Positions 49,069 to 58,393 of a stretch of DNA of 64,000 nucleotides are shown here, piece by piece (the stretch's first letter is position 1; every line of letters starts with the position of its first letter). The notes below the pieces were generated by a model. It did no database searches, was not told where the DNA came from, and saw only the letters and a program-made list of their open reading frames with translations. This DNA comes from Candidatus Omnitrophota bacterium (GTDB taxonomy: Bacteria > Omnitrophota > Gorgyraeia > 2-02-FULL-51-18), in NCBI GenBank assembly GCA_945877765.1, contig CAMDWQ010000008.1:13774-77773 (forward strand). The letters run 5' to 3'. The position numbers and the translations under genes are program-made.

Positions 49069-50328
49069 ATGGAAATAGATTCAGCCAATTTAAAAAAGAT
49101 GAAGATGGCAGAGCTCGCTGATTTAGCACAGCAGCTTAAAGTAGTAGACTTTAGCGCGCTGAAAAAACAGGATTTAATTTTTAAAATCCTGCAGGCGCAG
49201 CCTGAGAAAGACGGCAACATGATGGGGGAGGGAGTTTTGGAAATCCTTCAGGACGGTTTTGGATTTTTACGTTCCCCCAACTACAATTACTTGCCTTGCC
49301 CAGATGATATTTATGTCTCACCGTCGCAAATTCGCAAGTTTAATCTAAGGACTGGCGATACTGTTGCAGGACAAATTCGTCCGCCAAAAGAGGGTGAGCG
49401 GTATTTTGCGATGCTGATGGTAGAAAAAGTCAATATGGAATTGCCGCAGAACATCAAAGATAAGATTTTGTTTGATGACTTGACACCGCTCTATCCGAGA
49501 GAAAAGTGGAATATGGAACTGGCTCCCACGGAAGTTTCCACCCGCATTCTGGATCTTTTGGCCCCCATCGGCAAAGGTCAGCGCGGTTTGATTGTGGCGC
49601 CGCCCTACAGCGGAAAAACGGTCCTTTTGCAGAAGGTGGCCAATGCCATCACGACTAATCACCCGGAAGCGGTGTTGATTGTGCTTTTGATCGATGAGCG
49701 TCCCGAAGAGGTCACGGACATGCAGCGCAATGTCAAAGGCGAAGTGGTTAGCTCTACTTTTGATGAGCCAGCGGAGCGTCATGTGCAGGTGGCTGAAATG
49801 GTGATTGAAAAAGCCAAGCGTTTGGTGGAATGCAAGAAGGACGTTGTGATTCTTCTGGATAGCATTACACGCCTTGCCCGCGCTTACAACACAACGGTTC
49901 CGCACTCCGGTAAGATTCTTACCGGCGGCGTGGACTCCAACGCACTTCATAAGCCTAAACGCTTTTTTGGCGCCGCGCGTGCTTTGGAAGAGGGGGGCAG
50001 TCTTACGATCATCGCTACCGCCCTGGTCGATACGGGAAGCCGTATGGATGAGGTCATTTTTGAAGAGTTTAAAGGGACCGGCAATATGGAAGTACAGCTG
50101 GATCGCAATCTATTTCAGCGGCGCATCTATCCGGCCATCGACATCAAGCGCTCCAACACACGTCGTGAAGAGCTTTTGGTGGCCAGTGAAGACCTGGCAA
50201 AGATATGGATTTTGAGAAAAGTCTTGAATGAGCTCAATACGACGGAGGCAATGGAGCTTCTGATCGAAAAAATCCAAAAAACAAAGACCAATAAAGAGTT
50301 CTTGAAAAATATGAATAAAGGGTCATAA
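49069..50328 (+). CDS. rho: Transcription termination factor Rho
   Basis: N-terminal RNA-binding/CSD-like domain ([14 protein letters not shown]), then a RecA-like ATPase with Walker A (APPYSGKT) and Q/R loops. Confidence 0.95.
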   Translation: MEIDSANLKKMKMAELADLAQQLKVVDFSALKKQDLIFKILQAQPEKDGNMMGEGVLEILQDGFGFLRSPNYNYLPCPDDIYVSPSQIRKFNLRTGDTVAGQIRPPKEGERYFAMLMVEKVNMELPQNIKDKILFDDLTPLYPREKWNMELAPTEVSTRILDLLAPIGKGQRGLIVAPPYSGKTVLLQKVANAITTNHPEAVLIVLLIDERPEEVTDMQRNVKGEVVSSTFDEPAERHVQVAEMVIEKAKRLVECKKDVVILLDSITRLARAYNTTVPHSGKILTGGVDSNALHKPKRFFGAARALEEGGSLTIIATALVDTGSRMDEVIFEEFKGTGNMEVQLDRNLFQRRIYPAIDIKRSNTRREELLVASEDLAKIWILRKVLNELNTTEAMELLIEKIQKTKTNKEFLKNMNKGS

Positions 50329-50339
50329 TGTCATTTTAC

Positions 50340-50425
50340 CGAAAAAGACTCCTCGGCGTTGTTGCTCCTCGTCAACGTGGTTTTACCACGCCTCCTCGTC
50401 GCGCCTAGCCGAGAAGTCTTTTTCG
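50340..50425 (+). promoter_or_regulatory. Long-range hairpin in the rho–rpmE intergenic region (candidate rpmE leader structure or unconventional terminator)
   Basis: cgaaaaagactcctcggc (50340-57) pairs 17/18 with gccgagaagtctttttcg (50408-25). The 50-nt loop contains a sub-hairpin cgtgg-tttta-ccacg and a duplicated ctcctcgtc. It is followed by AAGGAG and the rpmE ATG. Confidence 0.3.
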
Positions 50426-50452
50426 ATAAACTGTAGAGACTAAGGAGAAGTT

Positions 50453-50665
50453 ATGAAAGAGAAGATACACCCCAAGTACCAAGAGACGACGATTACCTGC
50501 CTTTGCGGCAACGTAATCCACACGCGGTCCACCAAAGCCAGCATTCGTGTCGAAATCTGCGCCAGCTGCCATCCGTTTTTTACCGGCAAGCAGAAGCTGA
50601 TTGACAGTGCAGGCCGCGTTGAAAAGTTCCAAAAACGTTACGCTGCCAAACCCGGCAAAGCCTAA
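50453..50665 (+). CDS. rpmE: 50S ribosomal protein L31
   Basis: [28 protein letters not shown]…[12 protein letters not shown] is a Zn-ribbon L31 of the CxxC…CxxC type. Confidence 0.9.
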   Translation: MKEKIHPKYQETTITCLCGNVIHTRSTKASIRVEICASCHPFFTGKQKLIDSAGRVEKFQKRYAAKPGKA

Positions 50666-50697
50666 GTCCTTTTTTTTAAAAGACTTAAGCTGACTTC

Positions 50698-51759
50698 GTG
50701 CGTTTTTTAAAAAAAATCGAGGAGAAAGTCGCCCGCTTCAAAGAAGTGGAGCGGCTTCTCCAAGATCCATCCGTCACCTCTGAGCCCTCTCGGGTCAAGG
50801 ACCTCGGCAAAGAATTTCGCGGTCTTGAAAAAATCAACAATCTCTATAATGAGTATTTAAAAGTGCACGCCGAGATTGAAGAAGTGCGCCATCTTTTAAA
50901 TGATAAAACTCAAAGCGCTGATCTTATTTCAATGGCGTCGCTTGAAGCCGAGTCCCTGGCAGTGCGTGAAAAAAAAGCCATTGGAGACATCGAGGCCCTC
51001 TTGATGCAGGAAGACCCTCTTTTAATTAAAAACGTGATCATGGAAATCCGCGCGGGAACCGGGGGGCTTGAGGCGGGGCTTTTTGCCGGCGATTTGTTGC
51101 GCATGTACTCGCGATTTTCTGCCAAATGTGGTTTTAAAATCGAAGTTCTTTCTCTTTCCCCCAACGATGCGGGTGGTCTCAAGGAAGTGATAGCGTCCGT
51201 CACGGGTGCCGGCGCTTACGGTAAATTTAAATATGAAAGTGGCACTCACCGCGTCCAACGCGTCCCGGCAACCGAGGCTTCCGGCCGTATCCACACCTCT
51301 GCTGTCACCGTGGCTATTTTACCGGAAGCCGAAGAAGTGGATGTGGAAATTAAACCCGAAGACCTTCGCATTGACGTCTTTCGTTCTGGCGGACCTGGCG
51401 GTCAGAGTGTGAATACAACCGATTCGGCGGTCCGTATTACGCACATCCCTTCCGGACTTGTGGTGAGCTGTCAGGATGAAAAATCCCAATTAAAAAACAA
51501 GCAAAAGGGGATGAAGATTCTTCGCGCTCGTCTTTTTGAAAAAATTACCAATGAGCGCAATGCCGAAATCGCTAAGAATCGCAAAGAGCAAGTTGGTTCC
51601 GGCGACCGTAGTGAAAAAATCCGCACTTACAATTTTCCCGACCGCCGCGTCACCGATCACCGCGTAGGTTTTACCTCGCACAACCTAGAAGCCGTGCTAG
51701 AGGGCGATCTTGAGGGTTTTGTGAATGCGCTTTTTGAGGACGAGCTTGCCAGGAGTTGA
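50698..51759 (+). CDS. prfA: Peptide chain release factor 1
   Basis: GGQ motif (GGPGGQSVNTTDSAVRITHIPSG) and the PxT-type tripeptide (PAT) of RF1. GTG start. Confidence 0.9.
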   Translation: MRFLKKIEEKVARFKEVERLLQDPSVTSEPSRVKDLGKEFRGLEKINNLYNEYLKVHAEIEEVRHLLNDKTQSADLISMASLEAESLAVREKKAIGDIEALLMQEDPLLIKNVIMEIRAGTGGLEAGLFAGDLLRMYSRFSAKCGFKIEVLSLSPNDAGGLKEVIASVTGAGAYGKFKYESGTHRVQRVPATEASGRIHTSAVTVAILPEAEEVDVEIKPEDLRIDVFRSGGPGGQSVNTTDSAVRITHIPSGLVVSCQDEKSQLKNKQKGMKILRARLFEKITNERNAEIAKNRKEQVGSGDRSEKIRTYNFPDRRVTDHRVGFTSHNLEAVLEGDLEGFVNALFEDELARS

Positions 51760-52711
51760 TAGCTTGTTGCAAGCGGCTCGTGATAACGCAGCCTACCTGC
51801 TTAAAATCAAAAGAAGCTTATCCCTTAAAAAAATCATGTCCCCGGCTGTTGAGGCCCAAATCCTCATTTTCCATTTTTCAAAAATAAACCGTATCGATTT
51901 TTTGACCGGCACCAAAATACCTTCGCTGCCACAGAAAAAGAAGATTGAGCAGGCTCTGCAAAAAAGGCTAACGGGGATTCCTGCCGCTTATTTGACAGAA
52001 ACTGCCGGGTTCTACGGACATGATTTTTTAGTGAACCCCTCTGTCTTAATCCCCCGGCCTGAAACCGAGCTTTTGGTGGAGCAAACACTAAAAATTTTAA
52101 ATCAGGTGCCACAGGGGTCAGACCCCTCTGGCACCAAAGCTGCCAAATCCTTGTTTTCTCCTAGGGGTCAGAGGGGTCAGACCCCTCTGGCACCGGAGGT
52201 TCTTGAGATTGGGACGGGGTCGGGGTGTATTGCCGTCAGTTTGACAATCGCAAGGCCAGACTGTAGAATGACGGCTCTTGATATTTCGAGCGAAGCGCTT
52301 AAAACCGCCCGTAGAAACGCCCGTCAGCATGGGGTGGCTGGGCGGATTTCTTTTGTTAAGAGCGATTTATTTTCAGTTTTTGGGCCTCGGCATCGCGGTC
52401 GTTGGGATATTTTAGTATCCAATCCACCCTATGTTCCCCGAAGTGATTTTCGAAATTTGCAGCGCGAAGTGAAGAAAGAGCCGCGCCTGGCGTTGGATGG
52501 CGGTAAAAGCGGTTTAGTGGTGATTGAGAAAATTCTCAAGGAAGCGCCGTATTATCTAAAAAATGGCGGCTATATTCTTCTAGAAATCGGGAAGGGCCAG
52601 TCGCGGGCATTAGGTAAGATGGCGACCCAGATGAAGTTCTTTCAAAGTTTAAAGTTTGTCAAAGATTACGCGGGAATTGACCGCTTTTTAGTCGCGAGGA
52701 AAATTGGATAA
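51725..52711 (+). CDS. prmC: Release factor glutamine methyltransferase PrmC (HemK) carrying a repeat-derived in-frame insertion
   Basis: The NPPY motif (LVSNPPYVP) and SAM motif I (VLEIGTGSGCI). The N-terminal region is about 50 aa longer than usual because of the 52114-52194 segment. It overlaps the prfA end by 35 nt. Confidence 0.8.
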   Translation: MRFLRTSLPGVDSLLQAARDNAAYLLKIKRSLSLKKIMSPAVEAQILIFHFSKINRIDFLTGTKIPSLPQKKKIEQALQKRLTGIPAAYLTETAGFYGHDFLVNPSVLIPRPETELLVEQTLKILNQVPQGSDPSGTKAAKSLFSPRGQRGQTPLAPEVLEIGTGSGCIAVSLTIARPDCRMTALDISSEALKTARRNARQHGVAGRISFVKSDLFSVFGPRHRGRWDILVSNPPYVPRSDFRNLQREVKKEPRLALDGGKSGLVVIEKILKEAPYYLKNGGYILLEIGKGQSRALGKMATQMKFFQSLKFVKDYAGIDRFLVARKIG

Positions 52712-53972
52712 GCTAGTCATTGAAGGCGGCAGAAGACTTGAGGGCACCGTAGAAATTTCGGGCGCCAAGAACTCGTCTCTGCCAATTTTGGCCGCAACTG
52801 TTCTTTCTAAAGAAAAATCCATCATTCGCAATGTTCCGCAAGTAGCGGACGTTTTCACGATGGTGAAAATTTTAAAGTCGCTGGGAGCTAAAGTGCTCCA
52901 TACCGGCAATACGGTGGAAGTTGATCCATCGGGGATTCGTAACCCCGTTTTGACTTACAAAATTGTCAGCACGATGCGCGGTTCGATTTGTTTTTTGGGG
53001 CCGCTTTTGGCGCGTTTCCGCTCCGCTCAGATTTCTTTTCCCGGAGGCTGCGTGATTGGACCGCGGCCGATTGATTTGCACATCAAAGGTGTTAAGGCGC
53101 TGGGTGCAGACATCACGTTGGAACATGGTTATGTACTTGCCAAAACCAAAGAACTGAAGGGGACGCGTATTTATTTGGGAGGCGCCTTTGGTTCGAGCGT
53201 TCTAGGTACAGGCAACGTGATGATGGCAGCCACTATGGCCAAAGGTAAGACCGTTATCGTGAACGCCGCCTGCGAGCCTGAGGTCGTGGACCTGGGTAAT
53301 TTTTTGAAAAAAATGGGAGCCAAGATTTCGGGTCTAGGATCTCCTTCGATTGAAATTGAAGGAGTGAAGAAATTAAGCGGCGCAAATTATTCGATTATTC
53401 CTGACCGCATTGAAGCTGGTACGTATATGATTGCCGCCGCTATTACCAAGGGCGATGTGACGATTAAAAATTTTGATTTGAGTTTGCTGGGTGCGATGTT
53501 GGACAAGATGAGAGATGCCGGCGTCTCGATTACTGAAAAAAATGGGCACGTGCGTGTGCGTCGTGAGAAAAAGCTTAAGCCTATCTCGGTGACGACACTG
53601 CCGTATCCTGGCTATCCGACGGATTTGCAGGCGCAGATGATGGCGCTCATGTGCGTGGTTCCGGGAATCAGCGTCATTACCGAGAAAATTTATCCTGAAC
53701 GGTTTATGCACGTAAGTGAATTAAATCGTATGGGGGCTAGCATTATTTTGGAGGGTCCCAGCGCGATTGTCAGCGGGAATAAAAAGTTGAGCGGAGCCCC
53801 TGTGATGGCGTCGGACTTGCGCGCGAGCGCGGGGCTGGTGGTTGCGGGCCTTGTGGCCGAAGGGACAACGGAAATATCTCGTATTTATCATTTGGACCGC
53901 GGGTATGAAAATTTAGTAGCGAAGCTTCAGCACTTAGGAGCTAAAATTCGCCGGGAAAAGGATTTACGGTGA
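52704..53972 (+). CDS. murA: UDP-N-acetylglucosamine 1-carboxyvinyltransferase
   Basis: MDKLVIEGGRRLEGTVEISGAKNSSLPILAATVL…, the catalytic Cys loop (…STMRGSICFLGPLLAR) and EPT-fold repeats. Confidence 0.95.
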   Translation: MDKLVIEGGRRLEGTVEISGAKNSSLPILAATVLSKEKSIIRNVPQVADVFTMVKILKSLGAKVLHTGNTVEVDPSGIRNPVLTYKIVSTMRGSICFLGPLLARFRSAQISFPGGCVIGPRPIDLHIKGVKALGADITLEHGYVLAKTKELKGTRIYLGGAFGSSVLGTGNVMMAATMAKGKTVIVNAACEPEVVDLGNFLKKMGAKISGLGSPSIEIEGVKKLSGANYSIIPDRIEAGTYMIAAAITKGDVTIKNFDLSLLGAMLDKMRDAGVSITEKNGHVRVRREKKLKPISVTTLPYPGYPTDLQAQMMALMCVVPGISVITEKIYPERFMHVSELNRMGASIILEGPSAIVSGNKKLSGAPVMASDLRASAGLVVAGLVAEGTTEISRIYHLDRGYENLVAKLQHLGAKIRREKDLR

Positions 53973-54030
53973 TAAATTCGAAGCGCGAAATTCGAAATCC
54001 GAAACAAATTCGAATTTTCGAAAATTCAAT

Positions 54031-54130
54031 AACCAAAACAACTGTTTCGAATTTTGATATTCGAATTTCGAATTTGTTTAACCATAACAACTGTTTCGAA
54101 TTTCGATATTCGAATTTCGAATTTTGTTTT
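54031..54130 (+). repeat. Tandem ~50-bp direct repeat (2 units) rich in palindromic TTCGAA motifs
   Basis: Unit 1 (54031-54079) is aaccaaaacaactgtttcgaattttgatattcgaatttcgaatttgttt. Unit 2 (54080-54130) is aaccataacaactgtttcgaatttcgatattcgaatttcgaattttgtttt. The flanking 53977-54030 is also ATTCGAA-rich and includes the perfect 12-mer palindrome aaattcgaattt. Confidence 0.5.
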
Positions 54131-54147
54131 AATAGGGGGGTGTTAGC

Positions 54148-54405
54148 ATGGCAGTAGTTATTCGTTTGAAAACAATGGGCACGAAGAAGAAAATTAAGCA
54201 CCGCATTGTCGTGACAGATTCTAAGTCACCAAGAAACGGACGCTTTATTGAAGAAGTCGGCTCCTGGGATCCTTCCAAGAAGCCAGCGATTATGACTGTT
54301 AAAAATGATCGTGTGGAACATTGGATCAGTCAGGGCGCACAGCCTTCGGATACGGTTCGCAGCATTCTGAAGAAGGTGGGTATTAAGTCCGCGATTAGAA
54401 AGTAA
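54148..54405 (+). CDS. rpsP: 30S ribosomal protein S16
   Basis: [42 protein letters not shown] is the canonical S16 sequence. Confidence 0.9.
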   Translation: MAVVIRLKTMGTKKKIKHRIVVTDSKSPRNGRFIEEVGSWDPSKKPAIMTVKNDRVEHWISQGAQPSDTVRSILKKVGIKSAIRK

Positions 54406-54421
54406 TCTTAAAGGCTGTGTT

Positions 54422-55123
54422 TTGAAAATACACGCGCTAACGCTTTTTCCAGGAATGTTTGACTCGTTTGTGTCGCATTCAATTATCAAAAGAGCCTTGG
54501 AAAGTAAGAAAGTGTCGATCACAGCGCATAACCTGCGCGATTGGTCACAGGACAAGCACAAGACGTGTGACGACAAGCCGTTTGGTGGCGGTCCTGGAAT
54601 GCTGATGAAGCCCGAGCCTATTTTTGAGGCTTATGACGCCTTGTTCGGGAAGAAAAAGAGCAAAGATTTTCGCTTTATTTACGTCTCTGCTCAAGGCAAG
54701 CGATTTGATCATCAAAAAGCCAAGGAATTGGCCTCTTGTAAAGAGATCGCTTTTTTATGCGGGCATTATGAGGGGGTTGATCAGAGGGTTGTTGATGAGT
54801 TGGTGACCGATGAAATCTCCATCGGCGATTACGTATTGACTGGAGGCGAGCTTCCTGCAATGGTGATCATCGATGCGGTGGTAAGGCTGCTGCCTGGAGT
54901 GGTCGGTTGCGCCCAATCAACAGAATTTGAATCTTTTACCCAAAATCTGCTAGAATACCCCCAGTATACAAGACCTGCCGTCTACCGGGGGCTTAAGGTC
55001 CCTGCGTTGCTTTTATCAGGGAATCACCAAAAGATAAAGGAATGGCAAAAGAGCGAAGCGCTTAAGCGAACGTTTGAGCGGCGCCCTGATTTATTAAATT
55101 TGAAAACGAAAAAAGGAAAATAG
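54422..55123 (+). CDS. trmD: tRNA (guanine37-N1)-methyltransferase
   Basis: [13 protein letters not shown]…[11 protein letters not shown]…[23 protein letters not shown] is the SPOUT-fold TrmD signature. Confidence 0.9.
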   Translation: MKIHALTLFPGMFDSFVSHSIIKRALESKKVSITAHNLRDWSQDKHKTCDDKPFGGGPGMLMKPEPIFEAYDALFGKKKSKDFRFIYVSAQGKRFDHQKAKELASCKEIAFLCGHYEGVDQRVVDELVTDEISIGDYVLTGGELPAMVIIDAVVRLLPGVVGCAQSTEFESFTQNLLEYPQYTRPAVYRGLKVPALLLSGNHQKIKEWQKSEALKRTFERRPDLLNLKTKKGK

Positions 55124-55131
55124 AGGAAGCT

Positions 55132-55536
55132 ATGGCATACCGTCTGATCAAAGCGCTTGAAGCCGAGTACATGAAAAAAGATATCCCTAAAGGTTTTAAA
55201 GTGGGTGATAATGTCCGAGTTGGCGTACGCGTCGATGAGGGCGAGGGAAAGTTTCGTACCCAGATGTTTGAGGGAACCGTCATCCGCAAAGAAGGTTTGG
55301 GCATTCGGGAGAGCTTTACCGTCCGCCGTGTAACTTTCGGCGAAGGCGTTGAGAGAAAATTCCCGATTCACTCACCCACCGTTCAGAAAGTGGAGCTTAT
55401 ACGGTCGGGTCGTGTGCGACGCGCTAAACTTTATTATCTGCGCGATACCACTGGTAAGGGCGGACGCATTGAAGAAGAGCGTAGAAAAAAAGATACAGTC
55501 CCAGCTGTCGCAGCCTCAGCCGCTGCTTCAGCATGA
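55132..55536 (+). CDS. rplS: 50S ribosomal protein L19
   Basis: …[46 protein letters not shown]… matches L19. It carries an Ala/Ser-rich C-terminal extension. Confidence 0.9.
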   Translation: MAYRLIKALEAEYMKKDIPKGFKVGDNVRVGVRVDEGEGKFRTQMFEGTVIRKEGLGIRESFTVRRVTFGEGVERKFPIHSPTVQKVELIRSGRVRRAKLYYLRDTTGKGGRIEEERRKKDTVPAVAASAAASA

Positions 55537-56149
55537 TCTTGATTATTTAAATCAGGGATTTAAATCCCTGGCGGGCGTGGATGAAGCGGGGCGCGGGCCA
55601 TTGGCCGGTCCTGTAGTTGCTTCAGCCGTGATCGTCAGGGATTTTTCATTTTTTTCAACGGTCAATGACTCGAAGAAAATGACGGCGAAAGCGCGCGAAC
55701 GCGCCTATGAAGAAATTTTGACAAAATGTGTGGTGGGAATCGGAATTATTGATTGCCATACGATTGATAGAATTGATATTTATCAAGCCACGCTTCGAGC
55801 GATGGAAGAGGCGGTGATGAAGCTTGGCGAGGTGCCGGACGTCATCTTGGTGGACGGGCCCAAAACGCCAAATTTGCCGTTTAGGCAGGTGCCGATTGTG
55901 GATGGGGACGCCATCTCATTTTCGATTGCCTGCGCGTCCGTGGTGGCGAAAGTCACGCGTGACCGCATGATGGAACATTACGCCGAAGAATTTCCGCAGT
56001 ACGGTTTTGAGAAGCACAAAGGTTATGGGACCAAGAGCCATATGGAAGCAATCAAGAAAAATGGTCCCTGCAAAATTCACCGCAGGAGTTTTGAGCCGAT
56101 AAAGTCTTTAATAAAACAGGGGGCCAACTGTCATCCCCGAAATCTTTAA
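55469..56149 (+). CDS. rnhB: Ribonuclease HII
   Basis: [21 protein letters not shown]…DSKKM…VDGPKTP are RNase HII catalytic motifs. TTG 55469 was chosen, about 32 aa upstream of GVDEAGRG. The track's 55349 start would overlap rplS by 188 nt. The last 7 codons overlap hairpin 1 of the double-hairpin motif. Confidence 0.8.
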   Translation: MKKSVEKKIQSQLSQPQPLLQHDLDYLNQGFKSLAGVDEAGRGPLAGPVVASAVIVRDFSFFSTVNDSKKMTAKARERAYEEILTKCVVGIGIIDCHTIDRIDIYQATLRAMEEAVMKLGEVPDVILVDGPKTPNLPFRQVPIVDGDAISFSIACASVVAKVTRDRMMEHYAEEFPQYGFEKHKGYGTKSHMEAIKKNGPCKIHRRSFEPIKSLIKQGANCHPRNL

Positions 56150-56202
56150 TCGGGGATCAAACTTAGGAATGATTCCCGATAAAAAAATTCGGGAATGACA
56201 TT
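56130..56202 (+). promoter_or_regulatory. Copy 2 of the 73-nt double-hairpin motif
   Basis: gtcATCCCCGAaatctttaaTCGGGGATcaaacttaggaatgATTCCCGAtaaaaaaatTCGGGAATgacatt. It spans the rnhB stop (56147-49) and ends 9 nt before the guaA ATG. Relative to copy 1, the ATCCCCGA and ATTCCCGA stems are exchanged between hairpin 1 and hairpin 2. Confidence 0.5.
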
Positions 56203-56211
56203 AAATTTCAA

Positions 56212-57750
56212 ATGGAAACACTTTTAATCATTGATTTCGGTTCGCAATACAATCAGTTGATTGCGCGCCGCGTGCGCGAATCAAAAGTGTTTTGCGAAAT
56301 TGTGCCGCCCACGATCACGGCTGATGAAATTCGCGCCAAGAATGTCAAAGGCGTCATCCTCTCCGGTGGTCCGGCCAGCGTCTATGAAAAAAACGCGCCC
56401 AAACTAAATCCCGATTTTCTTAAACTTGGCGTGCCGGTGTTAGGCATCTGTTACGGCATGCAGGCGCTGTCCCATTTGTTGGGAGGTGAAGTGCGCCGCG
56501 CCAAGCGCCGTGAGTACGGGCATGCGGAACTTTTTTTACATGTGAAACGCGGGGAGCTTTTTCACGGTGTTCCCAAGCGCTGGGTGTCGTGGATGTCTCA
56601 CGGAGATTATGTCTCGCGCCTTCCGCAAGGGTTTTTTAAGACCGCGTACACTTCAAGCACAGTCGTGGCGGCGTTTGAAAACACCCAGCGCAAAATCTAC
56701 GGCGTGCAGTTTCATCCTGAAGTGCTTCATAGTGAATACGGCGCGCATGTGATTCGTAATTTTTTATTCCCGGTTTGCGGTTTTCACCGTTCGTGGACGA
56801 TGAAAAATTTTATCAAGGAGACCGTTTCTAAGACACGCCATAAGGTCGGCAACCAACGAGTGATTCTGGGCCTTTCTGGGGGCGTGGATTCATCGGTGGC
56901 AGCCGCTCTTTTATCAAAAGCTGTGGGCAAACAGCTTATCTGTATTTTTGTGAACAACGGACTCTTGCGCAAAGGCGAGGAAAACGAAGTTCGCCGCGCG
57001 TTCATGGGCAAATTCAATCTGAATTTAAGGATCGTCAACGCTGAGAAAATATTCCTTCAAAAGTTAAAAGGCGTCACGGATCCCGAGAGAAAAAGAAAGA
57101 TCATCGGCCACGAATTTATTTATGTGTTCCAGCGCGAAGCCAAAAAGATCAAAGGTGCCAAATTTTTAGGACAGGGGACTCTCTATCCGGATGTCATCGA
57201 AAGCCGCTCAGCATTTGGCGGCCCGACGGCAGTCATTAAGTCGCATCACAACGTAGGCGGCCTGCCGGAAAAAATGGATATGAAGTTGGTGGAGCCCTTG
57301 CGTGAACTTTTTAAAGATGAAGCTCGGGCGCTCGGCTATACGCTCGGCCTGCCCAAATCGTTGATCGGTCGTCATCCTTTTCCCGGCCCGGGCCTGGCGG
57401 TCAGAATTCTGGGAGAGATTACCCGTGAGCGTCTTGAGATTTTAAGAGAAGCTGACGTCCGCTTCATTGAAGAGATCCGCAGTGCCGGCTTGTATGACAA
57501 AATCTGGCAAGCCTTTGCAGTCCTGTTACCGGTGAAGTCTGTCGGAGTGATGGGTGACGAAAGAACTTACGACAACACGATCGCGCTGCGTGCCGTGACC
57601 TCTGTTGACGGCATGACTGCCGACTGGTTTCATTTTCCCAAAGAAGTCTTGGCTAAAATTTCCAATCGCATTATCAACGAAGTGAAGGGCGTCAACCGCG
57701 TTGTGTATGACGTAAGCTCCAAGCCTCCTGCGACAATAGAATGGGAGTAG
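56212..57750 (+). CDS. guaA: GMP synthase (glutamine-hydrolysing)
   Basis: Class-I GATase N-terminus (…GICYGMQAL, catalytic Cys), a PP-loop ATP pyrophosphatase (LGLSGGVDSSV), and the GMP synthase C-terminal dimerisation domain. Confidence 0.95.
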   Translation: METLLIIDFGSQYNQLIARRVRESKVFCEIVPPTITADEIRAKNVKGVILSGGPASVYEKNAPKLNPDFLKLGVPVLGICYGMQALSHLLGGEVRRAKRREYGHAELFLHVKRGELFHGVPKRWVSWMSHGDYVSRLPQGFFKTAYTSSTVVAAFENTQRKIYGVQFHPEVLHSEYGAHVIRNFLFPVCGFHRSWTMKNFIKETVSKTRHKVGNQRVILGLSGGVDSSVAAALLSKAVGKQLICIFVNNGLLRKGEENEVRRAFMGKFNLNLRIVNAEKIFLQKLKGVTDPERKRKIIGHEFIYVFQREAKKIKGAKFLGQGTLYPDVIESRSAFGGPTAVIKSHHNVGGLPEKMDMKLVEPLRELFKDEARALGYTLGLPKSLIGRHPFPGPGLAVRILGEITRERLEILREADVRFIEEIRSAGLYDKIWQAFAVLLPVKSVGVMGDERTYDNTIALRAVTSVDGMTADWFHFPKEVLAKISNRIINEVKGVNRVVYDVSSKPPATIEWE

Positions 57751-57751
57751 C

Positions 57752-57792
57752 TTGATATAATGCATACTATTATATATACTATAAGTATGCAT
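57752..57792 (+). promoter_or_regulatory. Putative promoter/operator of the RHH–PemK toxin-antitoxin operon
   Basis: cttgatATAATgc carries -35-like TTGATA and -10 TATAAT elements. These overlap a 9-bp perfect inverted repeat ATGCATACT (57760-68) … AGTATGCAT (57784-92) with a 15-bp AT spacer. This is typical of TA autoregulatory operators. Confidence 0.4.
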
Positions 57793-57811
57793 TTATTCAA
57801 AAGGGCTTAAC

Positions 57812-58057
57812 ATGGAACATTTAAGTATTACGTTTCCCGTGGATCTGCGCAAAGAGGTAGACCGTTGCGCTAAGCTTGAGCACACCAAAAGGAGCACCCT
57901 GATCCAGAAAGCGGTGAAGGTGTATCTGGGTCTTAAATACAGGGCTCAACTTGAGCAAGATCTGAAAGCGGGATATCTTGAGATGGCGGGCGAGTCTCAA
58001 AACTTGATGGACGAATTCAAAAATATCGATGCAGAGTCTTGGAAGTATGCCGGTTAA
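57812..58057 (+). CDS. Ribbon-helix-helix (CopG-like) antitoxin
   Basis: 81 aa. The N-terminal beta-strand and helix pattern (HLSITFPVDLRKEVDRCAKLEHTKRSTLIQKAVKVYL) is typical of RHH antitoxins. It overlaps the downstream PemK/MazF toxin gene. Confidence 0.7.
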   Translation: MEHLSITFPVDLRKEVDRCAKLEHTKRSTLIQKAVKVYLGLKYRAQLEQDLKAGYLEMAGESQNLMDEFKNIDAESWKYAG

Positions 58058-58391
58058 AAGAGGGGACATTTTTTGGGTCAACTTGGATCCGGTCAAGGGT
58101 TCTGAGCAGGCCGGGAAGCGCCCCGTGATCGTCATTCAAAACAACGTGGGCAACGCATTGGCTTCCACAACCATCATCGCGCCTCTCACCACCAAGATAT
58201 TTTCTAAAGAGTACCCGACCAACGTGATGGTCCTCAAGGGAACCGCGGGACTTAAGGAGAATTCGACGATTCTTTTCTCGCAGATTAGGGTGATCGATCA
58301 ATCCAGACTTGAGAAAAAAATAGGAGTTTTGCCGTCAACCTACACACACCGGGTCGATACAGCCATCAAAAACAGTTTAGGAGTCCATTAA
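58047..58391 (+). CDS. mazF: MazF/PemK-family endoribonuclease toxin
   Basis: MPVKRGDIFWVNLDPVKGSEQAGKRPVIVIQNNVGNALASTTIIAPLTTK…SQIRVIDQSRL matches the PemK/MazF consensus (RGDIxxVxLDPxxGxEQxGxRPxLVxS…ViVxPiTs). The track ORF begins at 58029; the ATG at 58047 is preferred. Confidence 0.8.
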   Translation: MPVKRGDIFWVNLDPVKGSEQAGKRPVIVIQNNVGNALASTTIIAPLTTKIFSKEYPTNVMVLKGTAGLKENSTILFSQIRVIDQSRLEKKIGVLPSTYTHRVDTAIKNSLGVH

Positions 58392-58393
58392 AC

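Noticed and set aside
53977-54130. TTCGAA repeat region considered as a CRISPR array
   Set aside because: There are only two full units of about 50 bp. They abut each other with no unique spacers, and no cas genes are nearby. The region was kept as a tandem repeat or regulatory array instead.
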